Positions 24,617 to 39,080 of a stretch of DNA of 64,000 nt are shown here, piece by piece. The translations under genes and the position numbers were made by a program. Source of the DNA: Selaginella moellendorffii (lineage: Eukaryota; Plantae; Lycopodiophyta); the NCBI RefSeq assembly GCF_000143415.4, contig NW_003314266.1:2461856-2525855 (forward strand). The letters are read 5' to 3'. Under the pieces are notes generated by a model that made no database searches, had not been told where the DNA came from, and saw only the letters and a list, made by a program, of their open reading frames with translations. Position 1 is the first letter of the stretch; each line of letters begins with the position of its first letter.

Positions 24617-26211
24617 CTCCTAGCACTCCACCTCTATCCTTCGCTAGAACTGAGGAAAAGGCTCCAATACCAAATTGTAAGCCACAAAATTTTCCTTTCC
24701 AATTTGCCAGCTTACCTCGTCTATCCGACCAACACTGCCTTGGCTTGTGCTAAGTTCCTTTGCCAAGGTTCTCGCCTATTGTACCAGCTCTTACTTGGTT
24801 CTACTTGGTTTCAGCTACTCACTGCATGAGCAACGGAGTGTTAGCCATCCATCTACGGATTCCCAAATCTCTCCCAATCCCCCTCCCCGGGTTAGACTAG
24901 ACTTAAGGTTCGGCTACAGTCCCCGCAAGCACAAGCAACCAAGCACACCAAGCCTCCAGGTTCCTAACACCCCTTGGTATAACAAGACTTGATCATGGGA
25001 CCCTCTAAATCCCAAGCCTTGGGTGCAACACTTGCTTCGGGACGTCGGGGCGAAACACCGTGGCCTAACGGCCCGGTATGGGTACCTCTACCCCCCCACT
25101 TCCATCCCGAAGGGAAGGCCCAAACCCCTAGGAAGGGCGAGGACCAATAAACCACAAGGTACTCAAGTGGGGCACCACTCCACATGAGCCGGGAGCACTG
25201 CAGTCGGTTTCCCTTTCGGGAGTGGGAGCTGCTCTTGAACACTTCCCTGGGTGGCCCCTCCGGCACCACCCAAGCCCATGCTCACTCCCACCCAAGGCCC
25301 CTTGGCCCCAGTCTCAACCTCAAGTCAGTTTGGAAGCACCACTGGAGAGTTCCTTCAAGACTGGTTCTTGGACCTCACTATCCCTACTATACTTTTGGAA
25401 CCACCTGCACCCCCCCCCCGGGGAGACGCACGCTTTGGGTTTTCACCCCTTGACCCATATTAGTACTCGGATTTAGTCTTTGGCTCGATCTCAGACTCGA
25501 TCTCGGATCTGACTTCGGATTCGGTCTCGGACTCAATCTCAGACTCGATCTCAGACCCGATCTTGGACCCAACCTTGGACTCGACCTCGCACTCGGTCTC
25601 GGACCCGATTTCGGATCTCGGACTCCGTCTCGAACTCGGTCTTCGAGTCGGTCTCGGACTCGATTTTGGACTTTATCCCGAGCTCGGTCTTAGAGTCGGT
25701 CTTGGACTCAATTTTAGACTTGGTCCCATCTAATGAACTCTTTATCATTTTGGTCATGCTTTCGAGGCTCCTTTAGCCTACGACACCTCGGCGAGTTGGT
25801 TCCTTACATTGTTCTCTTTAGTTGTTTACAATCTACCACGCTTTCTTGCAAATTCACGCCCTTGTAAACAAAAGTTGAGAGCCCCACTCTCTTGACACTC
25901 TACCCCTTAGGTCGAGCCCTGCCGGAGCAAATTAGACCTGCCAGATGTCAATTAACATATAGTGTGATTTCCTTAACCAACCAACAGAGTTAAACTTGAG
26001 ACTTCTCTGATACCAAATATAAACTCTTAAATTTGAATTTCTCAGGAAGTCACTTAACCCAGTATTATTCAAACCCAAAGATACTTAACCCCAAGTATCC
26101 AAAAACCCTTAACCGATTGGAAAAAGGGATGCACTTTTATTTATGGGCCCTTTCCTTTTATATTTGAACCCCATGAATCATCTCTCAAATCATTTTCTTT
26201 GGTTGCTTATA

Positions 26212-29200
26212 ATTGGTAGGATATTAATACTTTAACAACTTTGGTTTCTTAATATTATTTATTGGGATTTATTCAAATTGGTTGGAGTGATAATTAGCAT
26301 AAACAAGTATTTGTCTGCCCTTGTGACATTTATTTTATTCTGTCAATTATTGTTATAATTAGTTTTGATAGATTAGATGTTATTTCATTTGGATAATATA
26401 TTAATAGCATTCTATTTGTCTAGTCAATAATAATTTATATTTTTTGAGTTCTCTTTTAAAGTTGTTTAGCATGTTACTTGCAATTTTTAGTAGTTAAGTT
26501 TTATTATTGACTGTTATTAATGATACATTTACTATTGAATTTTGCTAAATTATTAATCCTATCCTTCCAGTTTTGGTGATCTTGGTGCCTCTTATATTAT
26601 ACTAGTTGATTGGATGATAACTTAATTACAATAGTTTTGTGTTGTAATATAAGATTTATTCACTGATAATTCATTATCTCTAAGATTATTGATCTTTGGG
26701 TTTACGCTAATATAAGTAGACTGGCTTCGACACTTCATATGCATAGTGAAAATCTTTAATCATAGAGTAGCTATTGTAGACTAGTCATATAACCTGCCTC
26801 TTCTTAATTTTATTAAAATGGTGTGATTGTGTAAACAATTCTAACTATCTATTTATAATAGTCTATCTAAACCTTATCAATAGGTTGAGTTTTTTGCTAA
26901 GAAAGGTTAGGGCTTTTAGCTTCTTTTTCTATATCACCTGAAAATAGGGACACATCTTCTTTTGTAAGTTGGGTGACACCCAAAGTAACAGGGTGGCAAA
27001 TTATATTTATTATTTCTTTGTTAGTAATTATGGTATATATAATTTTCACCCTTTATCCTATAATGATTTATTATAGAATAACCATAGAGTGGAAACTTTA
27101 GCCATGTGTCTAAGGGCAATAAAGCAAAACTTAAGTTTCAAGGCCTTGGCCATTGAATAAAAGGATAAAACCAAACTCCCAAGCATGCAACTAAGGAGCA
27201 AAGGAACTAGAATACAAAAGGACTCTAACTTACAACCCAATGAGTGTTATAAAGTGATATAAGAATAGTTCTAGAGCATCTAACATCCCAATGCAAGGTC
27301 TAACACACAAAATTGAGCCATATCCTCGATATAACACGAGGATATAAATATTCTACTAGCTAGCATGGTATAGAGCTTAGAAATATAGAATGGCACTAGA
27401 TTATGAATTGGAATAGCACCATCATGTTCAAATTAATCTTTATATTCCATAAATATATCTAGACACTTTCCATAAATAACTAATGAAACTAACATATAGA
27501 GCATGATAGCAATGGTGCAGTAATTTATCATTTAGTTAGTATTGAGGGACTAAACTCAATATTATGGGGGTTCTTGTCAAGCTAATGGAAAACAAAGTAA
27601 AAAAGAATTAAAAGTCAAGTTGAATATGCTCAACAAGAAACACATAAGAATTCTTACCTTATATTCATTTAGCTAAGTACAAATGCTAAGCCTAGTTTAC
27701 TAACACTTAAATAAGATGGATTGAAAAGAGAACCAACAATACTAATCTCTTGCCGTCATAGTAGTTATGGTAGTATGGATAGAATATCCAAAAAGACTAG
27801 CCAATAAGTAATTTTCAATAGCCACAATCACACTCATAACAGTGACTACCAAAAGATATTTAAGTGGTAGCACATTTGCATTAGATAAAGAGGTTGCCCC
27901 ATAACTCATTTAAGTTAATGCATTTCTCACAAAGTATAACCTTTGTCTAAGTTGTTTCCTTAGTGGTGGTTCAAACTAGAGTATGCATCAATAAGAATGT
28001 CAATCTTCCCTAAAGGAAGGAAAGTATTGCTAATGTGACTATTGATATCAAAAGCTATCTATTTACAAGTACTTTCAAATATTTTTCTCTTATTACGATA
28101 ATACTAGGAGGTTAGTACTATTTTTTCCCTTTATTAATCTTTGCCCAAGCTAATTAAGAAATTAATCTTTATATGTGAATTTAAGGAGTACAAAGATAGA
28201 ATTCCTAAATACTATTAGTGAAGTATACTTGCACTAGTTAAAGAAACTCATTCATTAACTTGCACTTGCTAGTGGTAAGAATTGAACTTGGTCTTTCAAT
28301 ACTTGTGACATGATAGCTTATTGTATCTGCCAAGACACTTTCACTATCATTCCCAAAGTGTTAGTCCCATTTAGTTCCAATGGCTATTTATGGAAAGTGT
28401 TTAGATTTGCTAATTAGGCATATCGATAGAATGTAGAGATTGTCTTGAACATACAATGGTGTTAATTCCTATCTTTAGATTCACAATCTAGCACTATTTT
28501 ATATTTAGTAAATTTTTGTATTTGTCTTAAAGACTAACTCCTCAGATGGGGTGAAAGCCCAAAATATAATAAGGGTTGGGGTGGGGGGTAGACTCTAAAT
28601 ATATAGTAAGGATAGTGGGTATATCGAATATGACTTACCTCCCCTTTGCATATCTGTCCTTATTCAATGTCTAGTTTAAGTTTAAGCCCAAGCTCTATAC
28701 CATACTAATAGGTGAAGTATTCAAGCCACTAATATGTTGAAATTGCACCAAATTTTGTTTAGCTCTATTTTGCATACTGGTCCTAGCATTAAGATGTTGG
28801 ATGCTCTAAAGCTCTATTCCAATGTCACTCCATATTCCTCTCCCTTCACTCTTTGGGGTATATGTTTGGAAGTTGTTACATACTTTGGTTCTTTCATTCT
28901 TTGGTTGTATACTTGGGAATTTGGCTTTATCCCTTCATTCAATAGCACAGACCTTTGAAATTCATGTTCCACTCCAGTGCTTTTGGCCCACATGTTCAAC
29001 AGTTAAGGTTCCACTCCGTGGTTATCCAATAATAAATCACCGTAAGGTAAAGGATAAATACTATATACGCTATAATACCAAACATGGGAAAAACTTAATA
29101 TAGACCTTAAGAAGGTTTAACTGATCTAGAAATGGGAGTAACCATTGAATATACACAAATTAAGAGCATTCCTAGGGTTATATAAATATTATTGAAAGTT

Positions 29201-31150
29201 CATCAAACATTATTTAAGAGTTATTTTGCCCTTGTTGGACCAAACAAAAAAAGGAAGATGGTCTTTCCAAGATAAAACTCTATATACTAATGCAAAGCTC
29301 AATTATATGTATCTTTATGATATATTTATGATTTTGTGGTGTAAATTCTCCATAAAATAATTTGGTTTGGCCTCTGTTTTTCCACTTAAAGAATTAATTT
29401 TTAAAAATTAAGGAATGTCCCTAAGTTATGTTCCTATGCACGTTGAAGGTAAGCTAATTGGCATGGGTTTAGTTAGGTCAACCAAGGGTAGAGAGCTACA
29501 TTGCAATGTCAATAATAACCTGTTGAGTTTAATATAACTTATATATATGTTCCTAATATCTGTTAGGGATTAATACAAAAATAGAGCATGTAACCTATAA
29601 ACATCACTTAGTTAGAAATTACACTTCTAGAAGAAGAGGTAGAGGGCATTGTCTCCTAGTTATATTCAATTCCATGTCTCATGTTCTTGCTTAACTTGAG
29701 GATGCACTCTAAGGGTCTCCATTGCACTTGATGCCCACTTGACTTTCTAATCCATAGTATATGGAAGTTAGATTCCAAACCCAACTCTCTAGTATCCAAG
29801 AAATACTACAAAGGGTTCCAAAAGTATAGTATAGATAGTGAAGTTAAAAACTTAGTTTTAAAGAAACTCTTTAAAGGTGTTTTAGAACTATGTTAGAGTT
29901 GAATAAAAGAAGCCCCTTAAAAAGTGATCAAAAGTAACTCCCACTTTTAAAAGGAAATTTGACTACAATGCTCCCTAACATAAGGGGACTTAAGTATCAT
30001 AAGGTTTATTAGTCCTTGACTAAGACCTTTCTTTTGGGATAGAGTTGGGGAGTTGAGGTATTCATATTATGTTATTAATCTATAATATTTCCCCCAAAAG
30101 TTTTAAATTAAGAAATGCATCCAAGACTTGGGATTTAAAGGGTCTTATAAACAAGTTTTGTTATACCAATAATAATCTAGAAGTTTAGTGTGTTTAGATA
30201 AGCAAACATAACATCCTATTTATGCTTGTTAGGAGTGTAGCTGAATATTAAATTCAATCTAACCTGGAGAGGAGGATTACAAAAGAGAGTTTGGAATGTG
30301 TGAAAAGATGGTTAACACCCTATTGCTTGTATAATGAGTAATTAAAATTAAGTAAAACTATATAGAAGTTGGTACAATAAGCATGGATTTAATTAGGGAA
30401 TTTAGTTAAGGCCAAAGCAAAAGTGGTAGGATAAGTGAGGTAAGTTAGCAAATTGGAAAATGAAAATTTATCACATACAATACTTGCTAAATGATCTTGG
30501 TCTCAAACTTTGCTCAAAGCTGCAATAATTAAAACAACATAGGGACCTTATACACTACATTAAGTGCATTATAACTCTAAATTTGAGTGATAAAGATGCC
30601 AAAAGTTATTTCTTAGAAAGTTTAAATTTAATTTCTCATAATGAGATTTTAATATTTAACCCAAAGATATATTTGGAGTATAAGGAGGTAGTATAACAAG
30701 TTGTCTTCAATCACTCACTCATGAAATAATATCAATCACCATATATTGGTACTTCATATAAGAATAAGAACTCTAAGAATAAACGAAGTGAACAAAAATA
30801 GAACTCAAAGCCTTATCTATAACAACCTCTTCATCAAAATATAGAATCTTAACTTAATTTGTGATTAATCACTATTGCCATTTGAGATTGCATTTTGCCA
30901 AGAGAACCTTTCACATAGTCCTTCCTTTAGAGCCACAAAGTTTTGGTTTAAGGTATAGAATTCCTTACATCCTTCATAGTGTATATTCTTCTCGTTTCCT
31001 TGCTATGGCATTGGATTTATGTAATACTCAAAAACACTCATAAAAAACTAAAGTAATTTTGTTTTTGATACCAATTGTAAGCACTTGGTTGCCACAAAGG
31101 GCCCTTCATCTCCCAACCCCCTGATCCACTCTGGTCCACTACTCACCAGC
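26212..31150. mobile_element. Jumble of highly decayed LTR-element fragments (family A internal pieces and LTRs at ~27030-27840 and, inverted, ~28027-29073; family-B-like pol/LTR ~29074-30479 and gag/PBS ~30480-31080)
   Basis: Patchy similarity to 5630-6600, 1296-2438, 18308-19900, ~21920-22100 and ~24000-24680; AT-enriched by transitions. Confidence 0.65.
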
Positions 31151-32291
31151 CATGAGCTAACCTTATTTAGATTATGGATAAAAGTGACCTATTAATTCTA
31201 CTTCTGCAATGATACTTAGATTATTATAATTTGCCAAGATAAAGGGTCATGTAAAAAATAACAGAAATCTTATCTTGGGTATTGTAGCACTATTGGCTTC
31301 ATAGGCTTAGCCTTACTCTAGCTAGGACCTCATGAAGAAGGTGCATGCTTTGAGGAGCTGCCACTATAATTTTTACACTATAGAGAGTAAAGATCTTGCA
31401 ATACAATGGCTGTCATAACAATTTACTATATAAATAATAAAAGAAATGTTGAATACAACTTTATAGTTATTTAGATAAATGCTTAAGCAAACCTATAATA
31501 GATATACTAAGAAAATACTTGGATATTCCAGCATATTCTACCATCTAACATTTGATATTCATTTTGATTATCTTGTGTTTAAATATTATAATCTATAAAG
31601 TTTTCTAAACACTTCTAAGTATATTCTAACTTAGATTCTACCATTTAACTGTTAATATAAAATAAATTAGTCTTGTATTTATAAATTATAAACATGTTTA
31701 TAGTTTATAAACTCTTTTAAACATAAATGCTTGATCACACCCATGATACAGTAATAGCACACTATGTGAGCTCCTCTTCTTTGGATAAGGATCATCAATA
31801 GTTGTTGCTCTAAGGTAATGTTCTCTTTTTTTTGGAGGGCACTGACATTTAATTATTTCAGTCAAATGGCACTTTAAGCTCTATTTCATTAAAGTGGGAT
31901 TTATTCAGTAAAATGGGACTAGGTACAAATTTTCAAGTATTTGAAAATGACGTGAAATTATATGTTTTTTGTCCAGGGGCTAGACATATCTGGGGCATGG
32001 TGACTAGCGCGGTGACTTTGTGTCCAGACTGAGTCCATCTGGTTGTATAGTAAATCTCATTGTCAAGGTGAAAAAGCCAAATCTGAAGCTAAAGAAGAGC
32101 GATGGCATGCGCGCACACACTATTTGTTTGTTCATTGAGCGTGTGGTGAGCTTTCCAAGATGAACGTCATTCCTAACCCTACAATCTGACGGCCAACATA
32201 TTCACTGGGATGGCATGGGGCCCCACACGATACTGCAAGCCTTTGCTCCTCCTCCAGCTGAACCCTGTATGGGGTTCGATCGACAAGGGCC

Positions 32292-33718
32292 TTATGCAAT
32301 CAGCTTAGTCTGCGCACTTTGCAGAGACCTTAAGTGTTTTGCTAGGGACGCAATCATCATGTTTGCACCCCCACCACCCCATAGAGGTACAAAGAAGTTC
32401 CCATAGTTCTGGGCACCATGCCCATGAGCGATTATGCCAAACAGAGACACAGGCAGCTGCATGGATGAAGAGATTGCCTTGGGGGCAGGATTGAGTCGAG
32501 ATAAGCATGTCTTTTTCTGGTCCATTTTGTCGTGGATGATGCAGAGGTAAGAGTCAGGTCTCTCCATGGAGAAAATCCTGTTATGATAATATGCAATCCT
32601 GCAGCTTCTCTGCTCGATGTTGTGGTCGAGCCGCCTTCTAACCAACGTCTCTCGCTCTTGAGCGATGCAAGAATTCTTCGACAAAGCCATTTTGATAGCA
32701 GTGCACTCGTCACACTTTGAAAAGCTGGAGTACTTTCCTATACTCACATCCCTGAACCTGTTGCTCCACAATCTACTAAATCTAGATTGGCTCAGCTTCC
32801 TGTAGCCATTACTCTGGAGTTCCCGATTCACATCTTCCAATATGGCCCCCTTGGTATACATGGAAGGGAGAACTCGTTGGGTGTCTCGAGTTCCATCTTC
32901 CAAGAGGCGGGTTTTATGTGGTTGCTGCTCGCTACATGTCTCGACAAACCTCTTGAAGATTGCCTCTCCATATACAACATGACCCTTGGTTTTGTGAGTA
33001 CCGTTGTTCCCATGGACTGCCTGTTGAACCCTTTGTTCCTCGAACTCAGTTTTGATTCTGTAGAATGTGGTTCGAGGGACTCTATAAATGATTCTCCATG
33101 CCTTCATGCAGACCAAACCCCTCTGGAAGACCATGCCCCCCACCTGATGTTCTGAAGCATCAACAGATGACCGTAATGCCTCATACACAAAATTGTGAGC
33201 TGCCTTCCAGGACAATGTCTTGTATCTTGCTCTCTCCTCTTCAATAGCATCCCAATCAGCATGTTGACAGCACCTCCTCTTGCAACAAGCAACTGTCGAG
33301 ACCATTCGAACCTCCATCGCCATTTTCTGCCTTTTCGGTTCGTTGCTCAGATCCCTTTGGCTGCGCTTTAGGAAGGTGTACTTTCTTTTCCCATGAAGAG
33401 ATGTTCTGTCATCAGTTGTAGTGGTGTTTGATTGTGAATCCTTCACATTCTCAAACACTAAGTGCCTCAATTTCCACCGCACAATGCTTCCAATAGTCAG
33501 ACTGTTTTCTTCTGTGTCAACAATCTCTAAAATCGCACTCCAATATCATCCCGGCCCAATTCTTGATTAGCAACCGCATCTCTTGGATCGACAACTATGG
33601 CTAAGCCCTCAGCTACCACCTCCCCCTCGGGGTTGTTTAGAAACACCTTTGCCTGAATCCATGTAGCACGGTTCTTAAGATCCACGGAGGGAACATGCGT
33701 CGCACTTGCGGAGGCCAT
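32292..33718 (-). pseudogene. Sola-like (DUF7869-type) transposase, frameshifted near 33530 and C-terminally truncated
   Basis: CCKRRC, FSKCDEC, IIHDKMDQKKT and GIIAHGHG...GANM motifs; the downstream catalytic blocks expected in this family are absent before the TIR. Confidence 0.7.
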
Positions 33719-33927
33719 TCTGAAAGTGCAGAAAAGAAGTTAAGACCATACAAAAAATGATTGGAGAATGGCTTAAATCATAACATACCAAACAACCTCA
33801 ATAGCATGAGGCCACATGCCATTATTCAAACATGCTATTGACACCCACGTGAAATTTCGCATTCACAAAATTGGCATGAGCCCTCATGCCATTAGTGGTA
33901 CCACTAATGGCATGAGGCCTCATGCTA

Positions 33928-34068
33928 TCTTTGGCCCCTGCTAGCCTGTTGCTATATTCCTTTTGCCTTGCTGCAACTGTATATATTTTTGTGTGCGTGA
34001 CTAGTCACCCATACAAAAATATATACAGTTCAAAAGGAATATGGCAATAGGCTAGCAGGGGCCAAAGA
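33928..34068. repeat. 141-bp fold-back inverted repeat between two ~145-bp direct repeats (~33752-33892, ~34065-34215)
   Basis: Arms TCTTTGGCCCCTGCTAGCCT... and ...AGGCTAGCAGGGGCCAAAGA, centred on GTGACTAGTCAC. Confidence 0.85.
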
Positions 34069-36231
34069 CCATACAAAAAATGATTGGAGAATGGCTTAAA
34101 TCATAACATACCAAACAACCTCAATAGCATGAGGCCACATGCCATTATTCAAACATGCTAGTGACACCCACGTGAAATTTCGCATTCACAAAATTGGCAT
34201 GAGGCCTCATGCCATCTTGATAAACACATAGCAACAGGTAGGTAAAGAAACTATTGGCAATATGCTAGTGATGAACTTGCAAGCCCCAAGATGGCATGAG
34301 CCCTCATACCATTAGTGGTACCATAGCGCCGCTCGCACCACCACAACTGCTCGTAGCGCCACTCGCACAAATTGCCACTCGCATAAACTGCCGCTCGCAA
34401 TGGCGCTCGCAATGCCGCAACCGCTCATAGACGCATAAACCACAGCTCACAACGCCGCTTACACAAGCAGCGCTCACTACGCTCAGCGGAACCAAGAACA
34501 TGGCGCACAAAAATGATAGACCTAGGAATGAGTTCGAGAATTCAAAAATAACACACACTTGAACGTCACATCAAATCCTCTGACAAACCAGATCTTATGA
34601 TTCCTTTGACAAATTTCAAACTGAGTAGCTTCTAGATTTTGCTGTCGGACGTTGAACTTTGTCACATCATGTCCTTGCCTCAATCCAGCTGTGCCATGTC
34701 AGTGATTCGAACTTTGCCATGCCATGTCAGTGATCCGCGCCAAGATTATTCGCCGCGTAAAGGAATAATTATGCTGTGTGTGTACGTCCATTTATGGCAA
34801 TATAAGCCACACGCTATTCAAAGAATAATGTTAGTCGAGCATTTTTTGGTGCATTTTTGGGTTCAAAATTGCATGAGCCCACATAAAGTTTACCTGTACC
34901 AAAAATAAAAACAGCTTTATTTACTTGGGAATTTAAGTGGTTGAGGCATTTTTAAACTTACAAACACATGCCCTACTTACATTCCTTTGGTTGCTTAAAA
35001 TTCAAAAATATTATAAACCTTTCTTTTTGCATTTTCAATGTTTTCCTAGTAATCTATTTGCATCCCGTCATATTTATAGCTAGCTTTCGTTTGTCCCCTT
35101 CACTAGCCTGAGATACATCTGCTCGGCATCTGCCTCTTACAGCATTTGCCCAGAAAGGGCATCTTTCTTCACGCAGCATTTGCCACATATTTAGGGTTTA
35201 GGGTTTAGCAATTCAGTAGCTTGATAAACATGCAAATATAGAACTTGATGCAAAATCCTTTGATATGTCACAATGCCCCTAGGACCATAAACACATTTCA
35301 ATAGAGAGGGTCCTTTCATTTCATAACTCCTTACGTAGATCTTGGTGAAACCAAAGTTAGTGAAGTTAGTTTTTTGTGATCCCGCATTTGATTGTGATGT
35401 CCCTTTGCAGTGTCGATGGAAAGGTCAATGCACACCAAACTGTAGAATCTTGGAGCAAAATAACGGTCGGATCTATGGCAAATGCCCCTGAAACATTGTA
35501 AGGCTCGTGTGGTCTCATGTGGTGTCCGATCGAGATGCTTCTTTGCAGGGTCATCAAGAAGGACATTGTATACCATTCTTTATTTAGCTGAACATCTGGC
35601 ATTTTTGGAAATACAAGATGCTTTGGAATATCCAATCATGCATGGTATAAATATAGCGAGGGTATTAAATGATATCCCAATCATGATCTTTCTTTTGGAT
35701 TTCGCGTGCATGCAGTCCGAAGAATGATGACGTTGCAGATTTCTTTTGGATTTCACGTGCATGCATGCGCGCAGCAATCCAGAAATTAATGGTGGCGCCC
35801 AAGTCCGAGGAATGATGACGTTGCGGGATTAGTGACATTTCGCGCGTGTGAGGTTAGGTTTTGCATTTTGCTTCGTACTCGCGCTCGCATTGCGCTCCCA
35901 CTCGCGATCACGCTCACATTTGCGCTAATCTACCTTCTCTACAGGTTTCTCGTGTGCATCGGCGTCCACTCGCGCTTGCATCACACTCACGCTCGCATCG
36001 CGCTCGTGTGCATCGGCGTCCACTTCAAGACACACCCAGTTTGTAACTTCGCCGCCAACTCCGCCGCCCACTCCGCCACCCACACGCAGCCCACTTGGCG
36101 TCCCGGGAGATTTCAGCGCCACTCTCCAACTGTAAGTGGCAGAGTAGCCTTGCTGCTACGATCCGCTGCACACACAGTGCACATTCGCCAGCGAGTCCGG
36201 CCTCGATTGTCACGCCTCCATTCGGCTTCAA

Positions 36232-39080
36232 ATGGTAAATCTTTTAGGCCAAGTAGAAAATGGCATGAGGCCACATGCCATTCAGTAGCAACATTGGCAT
36301 GCACCGATTGGGCTCTCGAGTGCAGTCCGGTTACAGATGGCGTGTAGCCTCACGCCATCTTAGGATGCAGCCTCAAGACATCTGATGCAGTGGTGAATGG
36401 CGTGTGGCCTCACGTTATTTCCAGCTGCTAGCTTTTCATCTGTCAACTTTAATTGTTGTGCATTTCTGAACAGGCGAGGAATTGCGTTCTTCTTCTAGCC
36501 ACTGTCAATGTGGATGCAGAGAAAGGGGAGGAGCTCACCAGTTGGACTTTCGGGATGGAAGGCGAGGATCTGAGGTGTACAACACAGATGGTGGGAGAAA
36601 AGAATGCATGAGGATCCTCATCCAAGTGACAGACACTCCATGCAGTTCCATGCAAGAATATGGACTGGCACTTGTGGTAGAGACAGCGTCCGCCTTCAAG
36701 ATCCACCTTGCACATCCTAGCGGCTTCCCGGAGGGGGGCAGCGGCTATGAGGAATTCCTAGAGGGAGCTAGGGAGAGGTTGTCCAGGAGGCCCACAATTT
36801 CAAAGACGCTGCGGGTCTATGAAGATCACATGGAATCCACGGACCTCACCTACGGCGATGTTCAAAAACTATATTCCAACATTGAGCCGTTGAGAGTGAC
36901 TTCAGTTCGCGAAGCGAAGGGGAAGGGGGTCGATCTGGAAACTACCCCGAAGCAGAAAAGGGTGGTCAAGCTCAAGCCGATGTCCAACTCTCCTGCTCCA
37001 AAAAAGAAGCTACTCGGTGATGCCATTGCCTCGGGTTCGAACACTACACCCACCAAAGCCACAAAAACCAAGACAAGGACGTGCACTAGCAACTAGCGCC
37101 TGGCAGGTAAGCCTCGTTGCATATGGCATAGCATGTGGCCTCACGCCATTTCCATTGCAGGAATTCTCGAGTCTTCTCTCGAAAACACTGGGGGTCAATG
37201 ACACACTCAGCATCCATAACATTCTACTCGCGACAAAAGTTGTTTTTGACAAATGGGTAGATGTGCTGAGGAGGTACCATGATGGGGAGTTGCTAAACTC
37301 AATGGGTGTGGACGACGGCCGGAAGCCCAATGATTTGAAGCTCAACGCCTTGCGTTTCTCACGGTCTCTAGACGACGACGACCTTTTGACAGTGGCTAAT
37401 GCTCTTCTACGTGGTGAGGTAGTCTTCAACAAGACCAAAATGACTCCCGGCCACATTGTGACATACGAGGACTTGTGCATGACTCTGAGAGCTCGTGCGC
37501 TATTGAAGGATTGGATCTTCGAGCAAGTGGCCGTGGAGAGGGTGAGCATCGACACCACGCAAGAGATGATGGAAGAGCTGGAGTTGTCAAATGAAGACAT
37601 CGATGAGTATGTGAAGGGGGCCCCCAAGTTCATCGATCTGCTGCGGGATGCCACGAAAAGTAAAGCTGAGAAGTTGGATCAGTATCCAAATTTCATTAAG
37701 AGGGATGTCGACTGCCGGCTTCAGAAACAACTCGACCCCGCAGCAGAGGCCTATCAAGAACCTTACCGAGTATATGTGAATTCGGATGAGGATCAAAGGA
37801 GGAGGAGCATCATTTCCCGCGGAGATGAGCAAGTCAAGAACATCTTTTGTGTGATGGACTTCACAAACGAGGAGATCACTCATGCAGACGAAGTTAGCTC
37901 CATCATTGACTTAATGGTGGGACTTGCGGAGGTGGAATCTTCAGTCCACTATATGATCTACGACTCCGAATCCTATCACAAGTTCTGGAAGGCCTTGAAC
38001 GAGGTGAAGGCTCGGTTGAAAGGCAAGGAGATGCAGGAGATCCATGGGATAATGGTTAAGAAGACGATATTGACAAATGTCCGCATCTTCACACTCGCCC
38101 TTGTTATTGGTCCAGCAGCAGAGTGGGACTGGAGTGACTTCCCAGCTTCGTTCGACAAGGCCGATCGAATTGATCTGAGGGAGGTCAATTTACCCGTGCC
38201 TGAGGAACTGAAGACGGCTATGGAGCTTTCAAATCCAGAGAAAGCTCCAGGTGCAGCAGGTGCAGCATGGGAAATGCTCAGCTGGGTCTTCAACGCAATA
38301 GCGGGTGGGTCACCTGCTTCCGACTCCAAGGGCAAATGCGTTGTCGAGTACAACTGCGGCGGACTATTCTTTCAAGCCGCACTACTCAAGGGTGTCCCGT
38401 GTGTTGCGGTGACAAACTCCATTGAAGAGGTGACTTCAATGGAACATATAATTATAGTTGCCAAAGAAAAACAGTATCTTCTCTGCGAACCTGGTGAATA
38501 CGCACTTTAAGTTTAAATGTTATCTCACAAGCTCTATATGCAGAAGTGTGGCCACCCCCAGATGCTGAAACGGCGTTAACAGCTACTGTTGAAGATACCC
38601 ATGTTGGGCCGAGCTCACAACCTGCACAAAGTAAGGTCACGTGAGGCCTCATGCCATTTTGATTATAGATCGTTGTGAATATTCAGACACGAGGACTGAA
38701 AAGCACACTAGTGGTGCGTCGAAGAAGGACCGTATGTTCTGGGGGACCTTGCAAAACGGCTTGGAGCGATGGTGATAGAGAACAGGCCAGTCCAGGAGGT
38801 GGCTGCAGAAATCAACCAAATGGTAGATGGAACGGTATATCAGAAGCCATTTGATCGGACAGACACCAGTCATCATTTATGGCATGTATATTGTCCAGCC
38901 AAGCACTATCCGCATCTCCATAATCTGCTCAACCGGATGGGTTCTTCAACCACTGAACATGAGCGTGGACGTATTAAAGAAGAGATGGCATTACTATTGG
39001 GTTTAAATTCTGATAGTGTGGAGAGTGATGAAATTCCAAGATTATTGTATAGGTGTTGGAGGCAAAAAATAACAGTTTGA
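36232..39080 (+). pseudogene. Multi-exon accessory gene of unknown function inside the DNA transposon
   Basis: Long ORFs at 36482-37096, 37017-38510 and 38769-39080; GT-AG introns at 36235-36473, 37107-37160, 38494-38543 and 38631-38686; frames do not join cleanly; start uncertain. Confidence 0.6.

Larger units (their letters stand above)
18308..25808 (-). mobile_element. Ty3/gypsy chromodomain retrotransposon, family B (LTRs 18308-19452 and 24676-25808)
   Basis: TGTAAG...CTTACA LTR pair; perfect TSD TTGTT; PBS TGGTATTGGAGC (24661-24672, tRNA-iMet type); PPT at 19453-19465. Confidence 0.95.
18178..26211 (-). mobile_element. Cassandra-like TRIM (LTRs 18178-18307+25814-25830 and 26018-26211, ~190-bp internal part) interrupted by element B
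   Basis: Both LTRs are reverse complements of 2788-2982; PBS TGGTATCAGAG (minus, 26005-26015); non-coding interior. Confidence 0.8.

Noticed and set aside
35190-35208. Interstitial telomere repeat (TTTAGGG) in the DNA transposon
   Set aside because: Only 2-3 units, telo-box scale, with no evidence of a healed break.
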